The position numbers and the translations under genes are program-made. A stretch of 64,000 bases of DNA from Dehalococcoidia bacterium. GTDB lineage: Bacteria > Chloroflexota > Dehalococcoidia > Plut-88900. The DNA lies in NCBI GenBank assembly GCA_965197645.1, contig OZ240219.1, positions 2,784,001 to 2,848,000 of the forward strand, read 5' to 3'. Shown here one piece after another: positions 60,211 through 64,000 of this stretch. The notes below the pieces were generated by a model. The model worked only from the letters and a program-made list of their open reading frames with translations. It was not told the origin of the DNA and ran no database searches. Position 1 is the stretch's first letter, and each line of letters opens with the position of its first letter.

Positions 60211-61587
60211 CTACGCGGCTGTCAGGGCTAGGGGTTCGAACTTGGCCAGCTTGTCTTTGAAATGGAGGCGTACCGTGTCCGTGGGACCGTGACGGTGCTT
60301 TCCAATGATGATGTCCGCTATGCCCTTGGGATACATGGCTAGGTTGCCCTCGCCATCCCTCTCGCCGTGGCTCTTGTACCAGTCCTCTTCAGTGTAGTAG
60401 AAATCGTCCCGGTAGATGAACATCACCACGTCCGCGTCCTGCTCTATGCTGCCGCTCTCCCTGAGGTCGGACAGCAGGGGCCGATGGTTTGGGCGTACCT
60501 CCGGGGCCCGGCTGAGCTGGGACACCGCCAGCAGCGGAACGTTGAGGTCTCTGGCCAGCCCCTTCAGGGACCGTGAGATATCACTCATCTCCTGGACCCG
60601 GTACTCCGTCCCGGAAAGCATCAGGCCGATGTAGTCCACTATCACCAGGTCCACCCCGTGCTCCATGTGAAGGCGTCTCGCCTTGCTCCGCAGCTCGACG
60701 ATGTTCATGAAAGGGGAGTCGTCGATGTATATAGGTGCTTCGGCCAGCTTACCCGTGGCCTCGATTATCATCTGCTCATCTATCGTCCCGAACTGGCCCA
60801 ATCTCAAGCTCTGGGTATCTACACCGGACTCGGAAGAGAGCAGCCGTTGCACCACCTGCTCTTTGCCCATTTCCAGGCTGAAAATGGCCACGTGAGCATC
60901 CTGCTGTATCGCCGCGTTCCGTGCAATATTCAGTGCCAGACTGCTCTTGCCCAGGCTCGGCCGGGCTGCCAGGACAACCATGTCCGAGCGATGCAGGCCC
61001 CCGAGAAGCCCGTCCAACTGCCGAAATCCCGTAAGCACCAGCGGAACACGCCCGCCTTCCGTTTCCGGCCCGAACCCGCGCTCATCCAGGTACTGGTCCA
61101 GCACGTCGCTGATGTGCACGAAATCCCTGGAGCTTTGCCCCCTGCGCAGCTTGAACAGGATATCCTCGGCCCTGGTCAGGGCCTCGTCCTCGTTCGGGCC
61201 GGCCTCGTAGCCTATACCGGCTATCTCCCCGGCGGACTCGATGATCCGGCGCATCATCGCCAGCCGGTGCACGATCTTGGCGTAGTGAGCGATGTGGACC
61301 GAGGTGGGTACCGTCGATACCAGGTGACTGAGGTAAGCCGGGCCGCCGATGCCCTCCAGCCTACTCAATCTCTCCAGCTCCTCCGAGACCGATATCTGGT
61401 CGATGGCCGTGGCCCTCTCGAACAGGTTGTAGCAGGCCTCGAAGCACCAGCGGTTACGTTCGCGGTAGAAGTCGTCTACGGATATCGTCGGGGCGATGGA
61501 GGGCATGGCCTCCCCATCGATGAGCAGGGAACCGATGACCGCCTCTTCGGCGTGGATGTCGTGGGGTGGAAGCCTCTCTTCGTACAA
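60211..61587 (-). CDS. dnaB: Replicative DNA helicase
   Basis: AARPSLGKS, SQLSR and DLRESGSIEQDAD. Confidence 0.97.
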   Translation of the reverse strand: MYEERLPPHDIHAEEAVIGSLLIDGEAMPSIAPTISVDDFYRERNRWCFEACYNLFERATAIDQISVSEELERLSRLEGIGGPAYLSHLVSTVPTSVHIAHYAKIVHRLAMMRRIIESAGEIAGIGYEAGPNEDEALTRAEDILFKLRRGQSSRDFVHISDVLDQYLDERGFGPETEGGRVPLVLTGFRQLDGLLGGLHRSDMVVLAARPSLGKSSLALNIARNAAIQQDAHVAIFSLEMGKEQVVQRLLSSESGVDTQSLRLGQFGTIDEQMIIEATGKLAEAPIYIDDSPFMNIVELRSKARRLHMEHGVDLVIVDYIGLMLSGTEYRVQEMSDISRSLKGLARDLNVPLLAVSQLSRAPEVRPNHRPLLSDLRESGSIEQDADVVMFIYRDDFYYTEEDWYKSHGERDGEGNLAMYPKGIADIIIGKHRHGPTDTVRLHFKDKLAKFEPLALTAA

Positions 61588-61589
61588 AC

Positions 61590-62990
61590 CTAGCTCTCGG
61601 ACTCCTCTTCGCCGGCCTCATCCGCGGCGGTGCTCTTGGGGCTGCGGCGCTTGGCCCTCTGTACCGCCGCCTGCACAGCGGCCTGGTCCACCTCTTCCTG
61701 GTCGGTCGAGGCCCGGGCCCTAGCACGAGACCTACGGGGAGAGGCCGCCGTCTCCTCCTCTTCGGCTGTTGGGGCCTCCTCTTCGGCGGTCTCCGCGACC
61801 TCCACCATGGTCTCCGGTTCCTCTTGTTCTGCGACTGTATCCTCTGCAGGCCCTTCGTCTACAGCGACCGGTTCCTCGACGGCTACTGCCTCCTCTGCCT
61901 GGGCAACCTCGGCGACCGCTTCTTCCTCTTCCTCCAGTGTCTCCTCCGCCTGGGCAACTTCGGCGACCGCTTCTTCCTCTTCCTCCACTACCTCTTCCGC
62001 CTGGGCAACTTGGGCAACCTCGGCGACCGCTTCTTCCTCTTCCTCCACTGCCTCCTCCGCCTGGGCAACCTCGACTACCGCTTCTTCCTCTTCCTCCACT
62101 GCCTCCTCCGCCTGGGCAACCTCGACTACCGCTTCTTCCTCTTCCTCCACTGCCTCCTCCGCCTGGGCAACCTCGACTACCGCTTCTTCCTCTTCCTCCA
62201 CTGCCTCTTCCGCCTGGGCAACCTCGGCGACCGCTTCTTCTTCTTCCTCCACTGCCTCCTCCGCCTGGGCAACCTCGACTACCGCTTCTTCCTCTTCCTC
62301 CACTGCCTCTTCCGCCTGGGCAACCTCGGCGACCGCTTCTTCCTCTTCCTCCACTATCTCTTCCGCCTGGGCAACCTCGGCTACTGTTTCTTCCTCAGTG
62401 GTAGACTCAGCCACAGCAGTCGCCTCTTCGTCCTCGGCGGCAAGAACCTCCTCTATGGTAGGTTCGGCAGCGGGCGCGGCCACAGCCTCCGCCTTGGCCC
62501 GCCGTTTGGGCTTCTTGACCTTCTTTTCCACCTCCTCTTCCAACACCTCCACCGTGATAGAGGCTGAAATCTCCGGACTCAACCGGATGGGTGCCTCGTA
62601 GGTGCCTATGGCTTTGATAGGTCCTTCGATAGCCACCTCTCTGGCTGTTACATCCTGGTCGGTGGCTCTCTTGATCTCCTCGGCGATGGCCGCAGCGGAA
62701 ACCGACCCGTACAGGGTGCCGGAGGGGCTGGTCCGGGCCTTGATGGTAATGGTCAGCCCCTCAAGCTCCCGACCGAGGGCCTCGGCCCTGGACTCCGCGT
62801 TCTCAGACCGGAATGCAGCCTCCCTCTTCAGGGTCTCCACCCGGCGCAGCTGCTCTTTGGTCGCCGGAACAGCCAGCTGTTGGGGCAGCAGGTAGTTACG
62901 AGCGAAGCCGTTCTTTACGTCTCTCACGTCCCCTGCCGAAGCAACGTTGGGGACCTCTTCAAGAAATAGTACTTTCAAGGGATTCTCCAC
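61590..62990 (-). CDS. rplI: 50S ribosomal protein L9 with a long acidic repetitive C-terminal extension
   Basis: VKNGFARNYLLPQ and LYGSV; about 310-aa Glu/Ala/Val tail. Confidence 0.92.
   Translation of the reverse strand: MENPLKVLFLEEVPNVASAGDVRDVKNGFARNYLLPQQLAVPATKEQLRRVETLKREAAFRSENAESRAEALGRELEGLTITIKARTSPSGTLYGSVSAAAIAEEIKRATDQDVTAREVAIEGPIKAIGTYEAPIRLSPEISASITVEVLEEEVEKKVKKPKRRAKAEAVAAPAAEPTIEEVLAAEDEEATAVAESTTEEETVAEVAQAEEIVEEEEEAVAEVAQAEEAVEEEEEAVVEVAQAEEAVEEEEEAVAEVAQAEEAVEEEEEAVVEVAQAEEAVEEEEEAVVEVAQAEEAVEEEEEAVVEVAQAEEAVEEEEEAVAEVAQVAQAEEVVEEEEEAVAEVAQAEETLEEEEEAVAEVAQAEEAVAVEEPVAVDEGPAEDTVAEQEEPETMVEVAETAEEEAPTAEEEETAASPRRSRARARASTDQEEVDQAAVQAAVQRAKRRSPKSTAADEAGEEESES
61885..62395 (-). 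repeat. Coding 51-bp tandem repeat (~10 units, EEEEEAV[A/V]EVAQAEEAV)
   Basis: cgcctgggcaacctcg...cttcttcctcttcctccactgcctc recurs every 51 bp; one unit has an extra 9 bp. Confidence 0.95.
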
Positions 62991-63070
62991 AAACTCCGAT
63001 TAGTCCACTGAAATCACATTATATTCCAGTGACGGCGAGCCGGACAAGAAGAGAGGAACGCGGGAAATGG

Positions 63071-64000
63071 CTATTTCAGAGCGTCGTCCAAGCCGGTAGT
63101 CCAGACCGTCTTTACTTCCTCCAGGGACATGTCCAGCCACGGCGCTATGACGAGGCGGTCGCCACCAACCACCCCCAGCTCCTTCACGGGAACATCCGCT
63201 TCACCGGCCGCTTTCCGTACCTCGGCAGCATCGTCCGGCTGGACTGAAACAACGATGCGGGACTGCGCCTCACCGAACAAGAGAGCATCCCAACGCGTGT
63301 CGCCGTCCAATCGGCCCTGGAAACCCGCCCCGCCTTTGATGCTGCATAGTGCCAGGGCCACGGCCAAGCCACCCAGGGAACAGTCGTGGGCCGACCTGAC
63401 CATTCCTTGATCGATCAGCCCGATGCAGCACTCCTGTACCCTCTTTTCCAGGGCCAGGTCCAACACAGGCTTCCCGGCGACCTTCCCATGGACTACCTCC
63501 AGGTACTCGCTTCCCCCCAGCCCGGCATCTCCGTCCCGGCCGCCCAACAGCAGTACCGCGTCTCCGGTCTCCCGAAATCCCATGTCACAGGCCTTGTCGA
63601 TCTCCTCGAGCAGGCCCAGCATCCCGACAACAGGAGTCGGGTACACCGGCTGGTCGCTGGTCTCGTTGTATAGGCTCACGTTGCCGCTGATCACGGGAAC
63701 TCCGAGCTCCCGGCAGGTATCGGCCATTCCGCGGATGCACTCCTCCATGCGGTAGTACACCTCGGGCTTCTCCGGGTTGCCAAAGTTGAGGCAGTCCGTG
63801 ACGGCGATCGGTCTCGCCCCAACGCATGCCACGTTGCGGGCCGCTTCGGCCACAGCGATGGCCCCTCCAACATAGGGGTCCAGGTAGCAGTACCGTCCGT
63901 TGCCATCGGTGGTCAGTGCTATCCCCTTGGACGTGCCCTTTATCCGCAGCACCGCCGCATCCGATCCCGGCGGTATCACCGTGTTGGTCTGCACCTGGTG
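63071..64000 (-). CDS. purL: Phosphoribosylformylglycinamidine synthase subunit PurL (3' part; runs off the window)
   Basis: DCLNFGNPE, GNVSLYNE and SAHDCSLGGL. Confidence 0.95.
   Translation of the reverse strand, partial: HQVQTNTVIPPGSDAAVLRIKGTSKGIALTTDGNGRYCYLDPYVGGAIAVAEAARNVACVGARPIAVTDCLNFGNPEKPEVYYRMEECIRGMADTCRELGVPVISGNVSLYNETSDQPVYPTPVVGMLGLLEEIDKACDMGFRETGDAVLLLGGRDGDAGLGGSEYLEVVHGKVAGKPVLDLALEKRVQECCIGLIDQGMVRSAHDCSLGGLAVALALCSIKGGAGFQGRLDGDTRWDALLFGEAQSRIVVSVQPDDAAEVRKAAGEADVPVKELGVVGGDRLVIAPWLDMSLEEVKTVWTTGLDDALK

Noticed and set aside
61885-62395. Regular 51-bp repeats as a CRISPR array
   Set aside because: No unique spacers; the units are in-frame coding repeats in rplI, and no cas genes are present.
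61566-62601. Low-complexity plus-strand ORFs (Phe/Leu-, Ser/Ala- and Pro-rich)
   Set aside because: Reverse-frame read-outs of the L9 tandem repeat.

Overview
GC-rich bacterial chromosomal window, probably Chloroflexota/Dehalococcoidia (SAR202-like). That assignment is inferred from the dnaB-dnaD-double-dnaC block, PAC2, many catabolic paralogues and palindromic intergenic repeats. Most of the window is housekeeping and catabolic genes: tldD/tldE, ilvD, crotonase and thiolase, ABC and MFS transporters, a sirC-hemC-cobA/hemD-hemB-ahbAB tetrapyrrole operon, rplI and partial purL. The main find is a lower-GC, about 2 kb island (28047-30076) holding a self-contained retron. It has a ~150-nt msr-msd-like RNA closed by a perfect 14-bp a1/a2 inverted repeat, followed by a retron RT (NAxxH, YADD, VTG) fused to a C-terminal Mrr-like PD-(D/E)xK endonuclease domain. 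The island is bracketed by a 10-bp direct repeat. Two genes split by the ORF track are very likely selenoproteins, each with an in-frame TGA at a redox Cys position followed by a SECIS-like hairpin: a PrdB/GrdB-like protein (UPVC) and an NHLRC2/SOQ1-like thioredoxin-NHL protein (CUINC). Also present are an L9 with ~10 acidic 17-aa repeats, a tandem MFS duplication with a decayed copy, an orphan oppD/oppF pair with aberrant codon usage, and four intergenic repeat families. No tRNA, rRNA or CRISPR array was seen.
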